From contig CT868652.1 in assembly GCA_000165425.1 (NCBI GenBank), positions 124,001 through 188,000 on the forward strand: a stretch of DNA of 64,000 nt, read 5' to 3'. Positions 44,598 to 58,749 of the stretch are shown here, piece after piece (within the stretch, counting starts at the first letter, position 1; each line of letters begins with the position of its first letter). The stretch comes from Paramecium tetraurelia (taxonomy: Eukaryota). Both the position numbers and the translations under genes were made by a program. The notes under the pieces are model-generated. The model was not told the origin of the DNA, made no database searches, and was given only the letters and a program-made list of their open reading frames with translations.

Positions 44598-45224
44598 TCA
44601 TGAATGTATGTAAAAACATATTGGTATCGATAAATCTCCAACATTTTCAATGGTGACTTAATTTTTAATTATATTTAAGGTGTTGGGTTTAAGTATTCTT
44701 TAAGAATGAGTAGATTCACATACTATATTATGATATTAATGTCTAATTGCGAATTTTAATTCAGAATTTTAGTTTAAAATTATTTAAACAGATTAATTTT
44801 GTTGCAATCTAATTATGAAAGCAAATCCTGAATCCAGTATTCTATATTTTGTAATAAAATTTACTATGCTGAGATTAGTTAGATATTTGTTTAGTTCTTA
44901 AGAAATCTCTTTTTTTTAATAATTGACTAGATTATTTACAGACTCATTCATTTGAATTTCTGAAATGGAGGATTCAAATAAGTGTAGGGGGTTGATGAGC
45001 CTTTCAATATCTAGATTAGAAATTTGTTAAAAGGAATTTATTTGATTGATGATCTCAAATTGAGATTCGTCCTTTTAATATTTGGCAGGAGTCTAGAGAC
45101 AAGAGGCAGTCAATATTTGCTCATTAAATACATCCTTCTGTTGATGTTCAAGCATAATTTGATAGAGGTTCTTGGATCTCGGTCTCAACCAAGTCGTAGT
45201 ATATTTATATTCTGTTGACTTCAT
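44598..45224 (-). CDS. Hypothetical protein
   Basis: Open code-6 frame MKSTEYKYTTTWLRPRSK...CFYIHS*. An internal intron is possible. Confidence 0.5.
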
Positions 45225-45240
45225 AAATTATAAAAAATAA

Positions 45241-45946
45241 TCAATCATTTAGTAATGCCATTCTCACATTATTTCTACAGGATGGACACAAAGGTTTTGC
45301 ATTAAGCCATTCATCAATGCAAATATCATGAAAATAATGATTACATTTAGGCAATTAGACCACAATTTCCATCTATTCCAATTGACATAAGCAGATAGGA
45401 CAGTCTTCTTATTATGGTACCTAATATTCGATCCACGGTTTTCTTGTCAATGTTTACAACTCTTCTGGAGACAAGCCTCGGTTTACAATAGGGAAATCTC
45501 CTCTGATAAGTCCAAATATCACAATAAGAACAAATATGATAATAGTGCAAAAAGAGAGAGCATAACAAAGTGCATTGCAGAGTAAAAACAAATCGAATAC
45601 CCATTCACAAATCTATTAATTGTGTATTGTACTATTATGTAGATCGATCCATTGGCATTTTGGGCTGAGAAGGAATTTACAACTTTCACAGTTGCCAAGA
45701 AAATTGTCATTTCATATTCAAATCTACTTTTCTGTTTATAGAATCTACATAAAACTAATGGAAAGACCTGTAAAATGCAAAACAATTCTCAATTCTTACA
45801 ATCAGCAACACATTGATGCTCATTAATATTCTTGCCTAATTTGCATTCAGATTTGGCCATTGATAAATAATGAATGAGGTAAAGAGAATAGGAATTACAT
45901 ATTTGAAAATTCCTTTTATTAAAAGTTTTATGATATTTAAGATCAT
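45241..45946 (-). CDS. Transmembrane RING-H2 E3 ubiquitin ligase (5' end uncertain)
   Basis: TM helices, then RGLSPEEL and [44 protein letters not shown]. Confidence 0.8.
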
Positions 45947-46504
45947 TTCTAAAAGTTGATAATGTTTCGATTTCCTAATTTATTTTTTAAATTATGAAAC
46001 TCATTAATCAATTTGTAAACAAATTGATTTATAATACCCAACTTGTTCGTTTGATATCAATTATATAAAGATATATAAGCTGATTCAGAAGAGGTGAGTC
46101 TATCTTAAATATGTAGTGAAACGATAAATTTAGGATAGTTGTTATATCACTTTAAAGAACATGTCATTACAAAGTCTGTTTAATGCTTCGAATAATTGAT
46201 ATGAGAAAGGAAAAGGATTATTTTACTATTATTATACCAATATGTTATTTAAAAAAACTAGAAATAATTAATATTTTTCCTTTTTGCTTACCATTTAGAA
46301 ATAATTTTAATATAATCATCTTGTTATTTTACTACTCTTTAATCTATTAATAAATGTTTAACTATCATCGTAATTTCATGTAAAATAATATGTTAAGAAT
46401 TGGCATAATTAGTTATTTCATATTGCAGTATATTTGACATATCAAAATTATTTAGAAAACTATATTTATATATAATTATTTATAAAAGCTGTTATTAAAT
46501 TTGA

Positions 46505-47444
46505 ATGTCAATTATTGATCAAATTGATTTGAGTTTAGAAAAGGCAAGCAGCCTCTAATAAAAACGCTTTGAGGCAGAAGAATCAAAATAAAAATCCCTG
46601 AATTATGAAATCAATTAACTGAGAAGTTAATTTAATGAGAGTTAAGATGATTAGGATGAATAGATGACTCCTGAGAGAAGTCATAGTTAAAATTATAGTT
46701 AATCATAATACTCACCACTTAGAAATGATATTAAATAATTAGAATTATAAAAGTAATTACTTTAATCATCGGAGAGGAAGTTGTAGTAAGAAATTGAAGA
46801 TTCAGACAATGACGATAATTAGTTATAGATATATCCTAAATACGATAAAAAACATAAATAATAAAATCAATAATTATAATAATAATAAAAATACCCTCAG
46901 CAAAAATAAAATAAGGATCAAAGTAAACAGCCTAACAAAACATAAAAAGAGAGTACTCAAAAAATGAGATCCAAGAAGCATCAACTAGAAAATACATAAG
47001 TAAGGAAAGATTTATTATAAAAAACATAAAAAAGTGTTCCAAGATCAACTTAAATAATAACCACTACAACAGAAAGAAGAAATGAAAAAGAAAATGGATA
47101 TGTAATTTAAGAATAAAAAACAGAATATCAAAGGTTATAATAACATATAAAGTCTGTTAAAGCATAAGTTTCAAATCAATTGGTAAAAAATGAGAAAGTT
47201 AAACAAGAAACGCAAAATGATGATTAAAATTAATACAAAATTAGAGGATATAGAGACTAAGCTGAAATTAAATATTTTGGGTAATTACTTTATCCAATTT
47301 TTTAGACGCCCTCTGCCATGTAATGAATGTGTATTTTTATTAAATAAAGGAATGAGTTCAGATTATTGTTCTTAACATGGTAAAATGAACAAAGAAAGAC
47401 CACCAAATAAAACATTGCCTAAAAGATTAGCAAAGTTTTTTTGA
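46505..47444 (+). CDS. Q/K-rich coiled-coil protein with C-terminal CxxC...CxxH motif
   Basis: MSIIDQIDLSLEKASSLQ... ending CNECVFLLNKGMSSDYCSQHG...LAKFF*. Confidence 0.6.
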
Positions 47445-48062
47445 TGTTTTATAATTTGGATTTTATTCAATTTGCTTTTCATAGATATGATATAAACTTA
47501 AATTAAATTAAACACTAAAATTCTATAAGACATTTTGGATACTAAGTTTGTATAATCATAAAATGAGCATAAAAAAAGGTGAACTTCAAGATATTTGACT
47601 TCTAATTTTTCAACCGAATGGAAATCAGCTGGATCTAGTAAAATTTTATAAATATAATCATTCCATTTCTTAATTCTATTTAAATTAAAATATTTAATTA
47701 CTATAGATGCCTAAGTAGATCCATACTAAACTGATTAGCTGGAACATTTATTATTGATCAAATATAAATTTAAAAATAATTAATGTGCATTTAAAGATCC
47801 TCTATACTTTATGTTTCAAATTCATAATGTTCATAATATCTCTTAACATAATGGGTAGTTTTATAGTTACACTCCTTTTAGTGATTTCAGCAATCTCTTC
47901 TATCCATTCGCAAGGCTTACTCTACAGTATTACGTTCTTTTTTTTTTAAATTTCTTTAACAAACAGATTATATTGGTATGCTTTTGATTGATATAGCCAC
48001 TCTCTTTTTATATTTTTAACATAAATATCCTTAGAACTTGTTACTATTGTTTAATTAATTAA

Positions 48063-49367
48063 ATGATTAATCGATAAACTCTATTTTAAGAATGCTATCT
48101 TTTATTTCCTAAATGTACATGTTATTTTGTAATATTGTTTAGAAGAAGAAGTATGTTATGTTCTTGACAAAATAAAGGTAAGGAAAATATTTGAGGGTTA
48201 AGTTGAGTTTGACTAGCAGGAGATGGAAATCTTAAAATAATTCGAAACATACTTAATCTCAAAACGCTTTATGCCTAAGTTCTCACCCAATTAATTTAGG
48301 TGGACTGAATCCTAATTGCTGAGGATGTTATATGCTACTAAATTTAAGTTTGAGAAGACTTATGCAGCCATCCAGGCCTATATTTAATGGAAGAATCAAG
48401 CATTTCCACTTAAGGAGAATTAGGACACATCTAAATTCTTAGTAAAGAATACCTATATATTCTAGTTAAGTGGTTCTATATACCTTCATGGAAGAGACAA
48501 TAGATTTAGACCAATAATAGTGGTTAATGCTGTTAAATTGGCAGCATAAAAAAATATTGACATAACCTTAGATTCAATGACTATATTTTTAGAACATGTG
48601 CTTTCAAATTACATGTTACCTGGATAGATAGAGAATTGGTAAGAAATAAATTCTTATAAATAATAGGGTTGTTGTAATGGATTTAGGTGGTTTGGGAATT
48701 ACAAGTTTGCCAAGACAATAACTGTAAAGAGTATTAGATTATCTATAAAATAACTATCGTTCTAGAATGCATAAATGTTATGTAATTAATTGTCCTAGTA
48801 CAATCACATTTTCTTGGAATATAGTAAAAGGATTTTTAGAAGAGATAACTGTAAGAAAAATATCATTTGAAAAATCTTCTATTCCAACTGGATTATTTGA
48901 GCATTGTCATAAATCATAAGTTGAATAAAAATATGGCGGAGTTTCTTCAAATATTGAAAACACCTTTTGGTATTTAAACAGTTTTATTTTTTAAAAGGCC
49001 TCCAAAGGAGATTAGTTAATAATATTTTTTACCAACAGATAATATCTCAGATATACTTATTTCAAAACAATAATATAATCATCTCTATGAAGTCGGGAAG
49101 CTTTCAAAAAACCACATTTGTAAAGAACTTCTTGAAGATCTAGGATCAGCCAGCTATAATACAAATATGGATTAGAATATAGACAAAAAAATGAAAGAAG
49201 AAGTACCTGATCCAGAGGAAGAATAACAAGTTATTAACAATCTCATTCAAAACAATCAAGGGTTCTATTAAACTGAGGTTGAAGAAAAGTTTGATGCCGT
49301 ATTCTGGGAAGCCACAATTTAAAAACCATTAAGTTTTAATATTCACAAAAATATGTTAAAATATTGA
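48063..49367 (+). CDS. CRAL-TRIO/Sec14-like lipid-binding protein
   Basis: LLRMLYATKFK, IYLHGRDNRFRPIIVVN, PGQIENWVVVMDLGG, LQNNYRSRMHKCYVINCP, QVEQKYGG. Confidence 0.88.
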
Positions 49368-49515
49368 ATATTTATATTTCTATATTTAGATAGCATTATG
49401 TTCTGTTTACCTTAAGATCTTTTTTAGAGTAATTAAATACAAAAAAAAAGAAGAATAATATTAAATCGATTTAAATGACTGAATTATTAAATATTATATA
49501 TTTCTAACTTAAAAA

Positions 49516-50657
49516 ATGGGGAATGATTGCTCAAGTGCATGCAATGTATGCAAAAATTCGGAAACTGTTGTAGATGCAACTTCGTTTCCAAACGATTTAA
49601 AATAATATGAAAACTCTAAGAATTTAGATTATACCAATGCGTCCAATCAATAATAATAATAACAATCACTATAATAACAGAACTTTAGTTAATTTTAACA
49701 TCAGCCTCTCGCGACTGAAGAAGTACATTCTCCGCATCCAGAACAGTTTAGATCTAATTCATAATTACAATAATACTTCTCATAAGCTGACAAATAAGAA
49801 ACAACTAATTATCATAATGATTAAAACACGCATCCTGAAAGAAGACCACCCTTTACCTTCAGAAGCGGAGCCATATATGATGGGGAATGGAGAGGTTAAG
49901 TGCGTGAAGGTTTTGGACTTTAAATTTGTAATTATATGATTCTGAAATTAGGGCCTGATGGAGCCAGATATGAAGGTTAATGGAAAGATAATAAGGCTTG
50001 TGGTTAAGGAAAATTTTGGCATGTCGATGGCGACATTTATGAAGGAGAATGGAAAGAGGATAAGGCAAATGGTTTTGGAGTTTATATACATGTGAATGGA
50101 GCTAAATATGAAGGATAATGGAAAGATGATTTATAAGATGGAAATGGCCTTGAAACCTGGGCAGATGGGTCTAAATATGAAGGTAGTTATAAGGAAGGAA
50201 AGAAGCATGGATTTGGTAAATACATTTGGAATGATGGGTCTTCCTATGAAGGTAATTGGGTGGATAACAAAATCTGCGGAAGAGGAATCTATTGTTGGAC
50301 TGATGGCAGAGTATGAAATTCTTTTGATTATTTTTAGAAATATGATGGAGAATGGTTAAATAATAATATGCATGGTAGAGGTGTTTACACTTGGAGGGAC
50401 GGTAGAAGATATGAAGGCGAATATTAATATGACAAGAAACATGGTTAAGGAGTTTATATTTGGGCAGATGGAAGAAGTATTCTAATATAATATTCTAAGA
50501 ATACGATGGATAATGGGCTTATGGAAAATAAAGTGGTTAAGGAAAGTATCATCTTCCTGATGGAACTATCCGTCTGGGTTTATGGGAAGATGGAAAAAGA
50601 ATTAGATGGTTGGAAGAAGATGCATAAGTGGCGAAAAATAATCATTAACGTTACTGA
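49516..50657 (+). CDS. MORN-repeat protein with predicted N-terminal acylation
   Basis: Starts [12 protein letters not shown]. About 9-10 YEGxWxxxxxxGxG repeats (for example [20 protein letters not shown] and [20 protein letters not shown]). Confidence 0.92.
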
Positions 50658-51137
50658 TCTAACCAATTTATTTTTATTCCATATAAATTTCTAAGAAAAT
50701 TATTGTAAATACATTTTAAACTTCGATAATGTTAAACATTTAATGTCTTGTCCCTAATGATATTATTCTAATTACTAATTCAGAAAATTCTTATAATTTA
50801 AAACCAGAGTAAACAATATTGAATTTAACAAGCAAAAGATTCCCTATTTATATCAAAGTTTAGGATTTAGGATTAATCGTTAGAAAACAATCATAAATTA
50901 AAAAAAATGCTTATATTATATTTACATAAAGCCTTTTATGACAATTAAAATCATAAATACAAAAGCATTAACCTTTTAGTCTCATGTTAGATTTCATAAA
51001 TAAAATGATTAGTTTTGTGAAGCAATTATATTATTTTGATAGTTAGAAGATAAAACTTTAATAATATATGAAATAATTTTAATATTAAAGAAAATACATA
51101 TTATATTTAGTTAGATCTTCTCCGAACAAATTTAGCA

Positions 51138-51803
51138 TCAATGATTCTTCTATTGTAATTTTGAATTCTTAAAAGTATTTCTAAGTTATATTCGTTTCTC
51201 TTCCATTTGTTGGCTTCTTTCAGTTAATTATTTTAATTTCATTTCTGACTTTTGTAATTCTTCTTATAAGCATGAATATATGTCCTTTTGGCTTTGGTCT
51301 ATCTTCATTTATTTTTATTATCCTCTATCCTAGTAATTTTAAGATTGCATTTAGTAATTGTTGATTTGGGATTTAATTTACTCATTTAATGGAGTCTTAA
51401 CAATTAATTATGGATTTTAATGTTGAGGGATTATTGTTTGTGATGTAAGTATTTTTGAATTTTGTTTTTTCGGAGGTGTTAATGAGGTTGGCATTTGATG
51501 TAAAAATGAAGTTTGAGATCTTGATTATAAAGGCATATCAATTTTTTATCTAATAATTGGGCTTTTGGGTTATGATACTCTAAATTGAATTTAGTTTGTT
51601 CTTATTGGGGAAATATTTTATTGGTTAACATTTCTTTAATCAAATATTTATTTTTTTCTTACAGTTTATATTAAGGATGGATATTATATATTCTCCTTAT
51701 AATATTAACAAAACTATGGCATTTTTTGAGTAATTTGAGGGATTTTTGGTTTCAAATAATCCTCATCATTCTGATATATAGGAGATAAAGAGCGCTATAA
51801 CAT
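51138..51803 (-). CDS. Hypothetical Q/P-rich protein with C-terminal coiled coil
   Basis: Open code-6 frame MLQRSLSPIYQNDED...LQQKNH*. Confidence 0.6.
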
Positions 51804-52091
51804 TTAACAAATAAATTAAAAAAAATATTTATTTATTAACAGACTCAATTTATTTCTTAATTTAATAAAATTAGTATCAATTATTTAATAATAAACAAAA
51901 ATTACTCATTGAGAAGTTATCTTTATTAATAAATAAATAATTAATGATTCATAATGTTTATTCCTCATTCAGGTCAGTATCATAAAAGTAATCTAAATAT
52001 AAAACAAGGCATTTTTCAAAATCATATTTTACAAAATTTATAGAGATCCATATAGTATTACTTGTTTATGAAAATCGTTAATATTTTTATA

Positions 52092-55000
52092 ATGAAATAA
52101 CAATATTCAAAATAAGAAAACTCGAAAGATTTTGAAGAATTTCATCATATTGAAGAATTGAAGGAATTATTTCTTTTAAATTCAATAAATGATGGATCCA
52201 GTTTTCAGAAAGTGGTAAAATTGGGAGGTGATTAAGGGTTGGCAAAATAACTAAAATCGCATTTATTAGTAGATATGAAAATTAATTTAAATAGAAAGGA
52301 ATTGATTCAGAGGCTTAGGTGTAAGAGAATCGGGAAAAATTTGGGAATAATGATCCTATAGAAAAGGAGCCTGCATAATTGTACGAATTGATTTTAGAGT
52401 GTTTTGGAGATACAATGCTGTAAATACTATTGGTTGCTGCACTTGTTAGCACAGTAATTGGAATTATAAATGAAGGGGTCAAAACAGGGTGGACAGAGGG
52501 GTATAGTTAAATCTAATATCTAGAGCAACAATATTTTTAGCTGTTTTTTTAATTGTTTCGATAACAGCTGGTAATAATTATTTAAAAGAGAGATAATTTT
52601 AATAATTAAGACGTAAATTGGATGATGGAATGATATAAGTAGTTAGAGGGGGAATAGTCGAGATATCAATAAAAGAAATAGTTGTAGGAGATATATTGCA
52701 ATTTGGTATTGGAGACATTTTTCCAGTTGATGGTACTTGATAATATTATAATTTAGGTTTGATGATATAGGGATCTCAGATTAAGGTAGACGAATCTCCT
52801 ATGACTGGAGAGTCTGATGAGATTAAAAAATTACCATTCAATGAGATGACTCAATAATAATTGAATAACAAAGATCATCACCATTATAGTCCATTTTTGA
52901 TAAGTGGTACTCGATGTTTAGATGGAAATGGATATATGTTGGTGTTGCAAGTAGGATAAAATACGATACAAGGATAATTAAAATTATTATTAAATTAAGA
53001 TAACCCCCCTACACCTCTTTAATAAAAATTAGAAGGAGTTGCTGAAAATATTGGAAAATTGGGTACTTTGGTAGCAATTTTAACATTTATTGCTTTGATG
53101 GGACATTTACTCTATGATGTCTTTGTAGACCATAAACACGAATTATTTACTTTGTTATCTTTACAACTAATAATCGAGGCTTTCATGATAGGAGTGACAA
53201 TAATAGTTGTGGCTGTTCCAGAAGGTTTGCCATTAGCAGTGACGATAGCCTTAGCCTATTCTGTAGGCAAAATGAAGGATGAATAGAATTTAGTAAAGAA
53301 TTTAGCATCATGTGAAATTATGGGTGGTGCAAATAACATTTGTAGTGATAAAACAGGAACATTAACTTAAAATATTATGTAGGTAACTGCATTATGGATT
53401 GATAATCATAACTACCTTAATCAAGAAATAAATATAACTTCTAAAATTTCAAAATAATCTATTGAGGTTATGTCTGAGTCTATATGTTATAACTCTATAG
53501 CAAATCCTACTAAAGATAGAAATACTAATAGATGGACATAAATTGGGAATAAAACTGAATGTGCTTTGATTGAATTAGCCGATAATTTTGGATTTAAATA
53601 CTCCAATTATAGATAAAATGATAGAATTCTAAGACAAATTCCCTTCAGTAGCAAAAGAAAGAAGATGGTAACTGCCATATTAAATCCTAAAAATTAATCG
53701 ATCAGAATATTTAGTAAAGGAGCATCAGAAATTATTTTATAATAATGTTTCAGATACGTTTCTAATAATGGTGCCGAATTACCTCTCGATAAAACCAAGA
53801 AGGATGACATTTTACACAATGTTATTGAAAATTTTGCATCTCACTCGTTAAGAACAATAGCCATAGCATATAAAGACCTAGAACCTTAAAGTTAAGCAAT
53901 AAAGGGATTTGTAAACGCAAAAGCACATGTACATTAAATAAATGAAGATGAAATTGATAAAGATTTAACATTGATTGCCATAGCAGGTATCAGAGATCCA
54001 ATCAGACCTGATGTTGCTGAATCTATAAAATAATGCACAAGATCTGGAGTGACTGTTAGAATGGTTACTGGTGACAATATAATTACTGCTCAATCAATAG
54101 CATTAGAGTGTGGAATATTGGAGAAGAATAGGGCATAATAAGAATTCGAAGTAATTGAAGGTAAGAGATTTCGAGATTTGGTGGGAGGATTAGTAAATGC
54201 AAAAAATGAAGAAGGGAATGAAATAAAAGTGGTTAAAAATATGTAGATATTCTAAAAAATAAGCAAAGAGATGAAGGTAATGGCTAGAGCATCACCAGAG
54301 GATAAGTATTTATTGGTTACAGGCTTGATTTAAGAGGGTAATGTAGTTGCAGTCACAGGAGATGGTACAAATGATGCTCCTGCATTAAAAAAGGCAGATG
54401 TTGGATTTGCTATGGGAATTACAGGGTCGGATGTGGCCAAAGATGCTGCAGATATCATTCTCATAGATGACAACTTTAGCTCTATTATTACAGGTATCAA
54501 TTTTGATATTCCATAGCTATGAAATGGGGTAGAAATATTTATGATTGTATAAGAAAATTCATACAATTTTAGTTGACAGTCAATTTAGTGGCTTTGTTCA
54601 TGTCTTTTACAGGGGCCGTGATCTTAAAGTAATCTCCTCTTAATGCAATTGAGATGCTTTGGGTGAATTTGATTATGGATACTTTTGCTTCTTTAGCTTT
54701 AGCTACTGAACCTCCTTCCATTAAAGTTTTAGACAGACAACCATATAGAAGAACTGATTAAATTGTCTCGCCGACAATGTATCGAACCATAGTAGGAGCA
54801 AGCTTGTATCAAATACTGGTACTCACATTTATATTGTTTCTCTTACCAAAATTCATTGATTGCTCCATCCCAGAGGAATTGATTGAATAAAAAGTAATTA
54901 TATAATTTTAATCATAAAAGTACCCTAAGAACGTAGTACAAATGAGTATCTTCTTTTAAGCATTTGTGTTAATGTAAGTATTTAATTCAATTTCCTGTCG

Positions 55001-55391
55001 ATAATTAGATTATCACACAAGGAATCCTTTTGCTAATTTTTGCAATAATCCATTATTTTGGGTTGTTTAAACCATAACGGTAATTGTTTAGGTTTTGCTT
55101 ATATAATACGGAGGAAAATATGTAAAGGTCTCTCATTTGACATTATTTTAACATTTATTATGTGTTGGGTTTGGAATTGGTGGAATCGTATTTTCCATAC
55201 TATTTAAATTTATACCAGAACAACTATGCTAAAAAATTCATCTCTTTAGAGAAGAAGAAATCAAAACAGAAAAGATGGATGATACCTTAACCAGTAAATT
55301 AAGAAGAAAGTCAACTATGCGTCTACATACTAGTTAACGAAGTAAGCATGATATCGGTAGTCTAAAGAAAATGAGCTCCGACAAATTGTGA
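52092..55391 (+). CDS. PMCA: Plasma-membrane-type Ca2+-ATPase (P2B)
   Basis: [90 protein letters not shown]. Confidence 0.96.
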
Positions 55392-55672
55392 ATTTAAAAA
55401 ATTATACAAATATTTAATCAGTAATTTATTTAAATATCCGATATCATCCATTTAAACAAACATTAAATCATAGAAATATGAGATATATCCCTCTATCTAC
55501 ATTTATCTTAAAATTAGTAATCAGTAGTTATAATCCCCTTCTATTATATTACTAAATCTTCTTCAAGCTAAATGGTTAATTTAAAATTCTAATTTGTCTG
55601 TAAGTAGATCATTCATACTTTATTAAAATTAAATTATTATTGAAATTTTAATATTTAAATAAAACAAAAACT

Positions 55673-57012
55673 ATGGAAAAGTAATACTTTATATATATTT
55701 CCTTAGAGAAGCCGTGGAAACGACCTTCAAGTACTTTTGCTATAAATACACTTATATTAACGCTATTGTTTTCCTTTTAACGCTTTGTTAATATTAGGGA
55801 GCTCCTTTGGCACTACCGCTCTTTTGTATGATATTGAACGAAATTGTTATCTGGATTAAATTTTCGAATGGGTAAATCGTAGACAAGCTTGATCACATTC
55901 TCCACATCTTATTTTATGTAAGTCTCTGATGTCAACTTAGATGTATGTCACGCTTATGTATTATTTAAATCTAAAATCCTATATTTTCAGCAATATATTC
56001 ATAGTCTTGTCTTTCATTCTAAAAGTAGCCTGTGACAAGCAATATAATGAGTAGCACGATTATTCAACTATTATACGATTGGTATTTTTATTTAATATTT
56101 AGAGTATAATTTTCTATAGATTTTCACTATTGATAGCTATTCTTTGTATCACATTAAAAGTCAAAGGATCTGTAGATTGGACGTGGTCATAAACCTTTTG
56201 GTGGTATTGGATGTTTTTGAGTGGATTAATAGGAACAACTATGACTTTTTTATTGATATTAATCAATAAACTAATTAAGATTAAATGCAACTTTAGAGTA
56301 AACCAAACAAAAAATGAAGGTACTAGATTCACATTCTAATTTAGTTAAATTATTAATATGGCTATTATATATTGGAACTTTAAGCAGTGTAATAGCAGGA
56401 ATTTGGATAGTAAATACATTAAATGAACTTGGAATCGGTTTCAATATTTAAATAGGAGACGTTTCTATCTATATCATTATACCTCTGAATATTCTCATAT
56501 TTTGCACAATCTCGTATTTATTATTCGATTCAGTGGTTGAATAGGTTTTAACAATAAATTAAATTCAAACTAGACATTCAAATACAAAGTCAAACTCTTA
56601 AGAGAAAGAGAAATAAAATAAAAAGGTGTTAATTAAGTAATCAATTTTCATGCAAAAACTATCAAACGCTTACTTTCGAAAAATAAAGACCCTGGAAATT
56701 TTGCAGCTCAAAGAGGCAGGCTAAAATCAAATATTAACAGAGAGAAATATGAATAAAAATATTATTAAAAAAAATAAACCAGCTCATCATAATTCTAATA
56801 ACAAGTGCATAATTTGTTGTGAGTAAGCTTCAAATGCAGTATTTATGAATTGTGGCCATGGGGGAATTTGTTATTAATGTGCAGTTCAAGTAGCATAAAA
56901 TTAAAAGGAATGCTTTCTTTGTAGATAGATAATTTTGTAGATTTATGAAATTGATGAAAAAGATGCTAGCATATTCAAAAGAGTGATCTCAAAAACTAGA
57001 ATTTCTAATTGA
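55673..57012 (+). CDS. Multi-pass membrane protein with C-terminal RING-HC finger
   Basis: Hydrophobic N-terminal helices, then KCIICCEQASNAVFMNCGHGGICYQCA...ECFLCR. Exon boundaries are approximate. Confidence 0.75.
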
Positions 57013-57042
57013 TACTTTTTTTATTAATATTTTTAACAGTTT

Positions 57043-58692
57043 ATGAAATCTCAATTCGAAGTTTTCCTAAGACTAAAACCTTCCAACAAGTAAAGATAAT
57101 CATGTATTTTAGCTAATCCTAAAATGCTATGCAATACTAAATTTATCAGAATAAAAGATTACAAGTTTTATTGCCTAAACATGTTAAATTCGGAATGATC
57201 AACAACAGCCGAGACAATTTGGATTTCAATTTTACTCATGTTTTTGATTAAAAATCAAGTCAGGAACATGTATTTACGAATGTCACAACTCCTGTTATAA
57301 ATAGGTATTGTAGTATAATTCAAATTTAGTTTTTTGGATGGGTATAATGCCACTATTTTTGCTTATGGATAAACAGGATCTGGTAAGACATATACAATGA
57401 GTGGAGCTGAAACATGGTAGTTGAGAGGAGTTATACCTCGAGCACTTTCTTATATTTTTGATGAAATCGATAAAAGAACTAAATTTGAATATAAAATCTA
57501 TATTTCATTTATGGAGATTTACAACGAAAATGCATATGATTTATTAGAAAAAAGACATTTGGAAACTCCTTTGGAATAGTGGAACAAAGTATTTATATCC
57601 TAATTTTAAAGATAGCATTATTTGAAGATGATCAAAATAATATTCATTTAAAAAACCTATCCATTCATTAGTGTAACAATGAGTAAGAAGGAATTGATCT
57701 GCTGATGATGGGCAACTTTATAAGACAAGTCAGCTCCACTCCTATGAATTAATCAAGTTCTAGATCTCATTGCATTTTTACAGTAACTCTTGAAGGATGT
57801 GATACAACAAGTGAAACTTGTTTTGTTAGCAAATTACATTTAGTTGATTTAGCAGGATCAGAAAGAATTAGTAAGTCATAAGTGGAAGGCAATCTATTGA
57901 ATGAAGCAAAATATATCAACTTATCTTTAACCTATTTAGAATAAGTCATAATAGCACTGAATGAAAGGATGAAAGGAGCCAATAGACAGCATATTCCTTA
58001 TAGAAACTCATTGATGACAACATTATTAAAGGATTCACTGGGAGGTAATTGCAAAACTGTGATGATCGCCACAATAAGTTCTGAAAATGACAATATTGAA
58101 GAGTCACTTTCCACTTTAAGATTTAGTTAAAGGGTTGGACAATTAGAGAATGAGGTAATAAAAGTTGCTAATATGTTAGATAAGGAGAAATGAAAAGGTA
58201 GATTTGGAAGCTGTTGTAAAAAGATTAGAACAAGAAAAACTAGCCTTGATAAGAGAATTAGAATAATATTAAAGAGGAGGGACATCCACTTCAAGTAATA
58301 AGAAAATATAATAACAACAATAAAATTTATTACCTTAATCAAGTGGAATGCCTATTAGTTAAAAGGAGGTTTAAGAAAAAGTTGAACTATATCTAAATGA
58401 AAGGATTCCTTTATTGGATGTGAAAAGTGTTGAAGAAACATAGAAGTGCTTTGAAGCTATGAAGGATTTATATAATACAAGAATGAAGGAGTATGTGACA
58501 GAACTTACATTCATCTCTGAAAAGCTATAAAAATATGATGAAATATTAACCAGAAAGTATGAAAATATATAAAGTATTAGAAAAGAACAGAGTTCCTTCC
58601 TTGAATAAAAAGAGAATAGTTCACCTGAGATTGAAGTTTATAGAAGAAACGAGTCTCCACAGGTATAATTCAAAAAAAGACCAAACTAGTGA
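57043..58692 (+). CDS. Kinesin motor protein, kinesin-9 (KIF6/KIF9)-like
   Basis: [88 protein letters not shown]. Confidence 0.92.
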
Positions 58693-58749
58693 TAATAAAT
58701 ATATTTTTATATATATATATATATTTGCTAATCTAATTAATTAACCATC

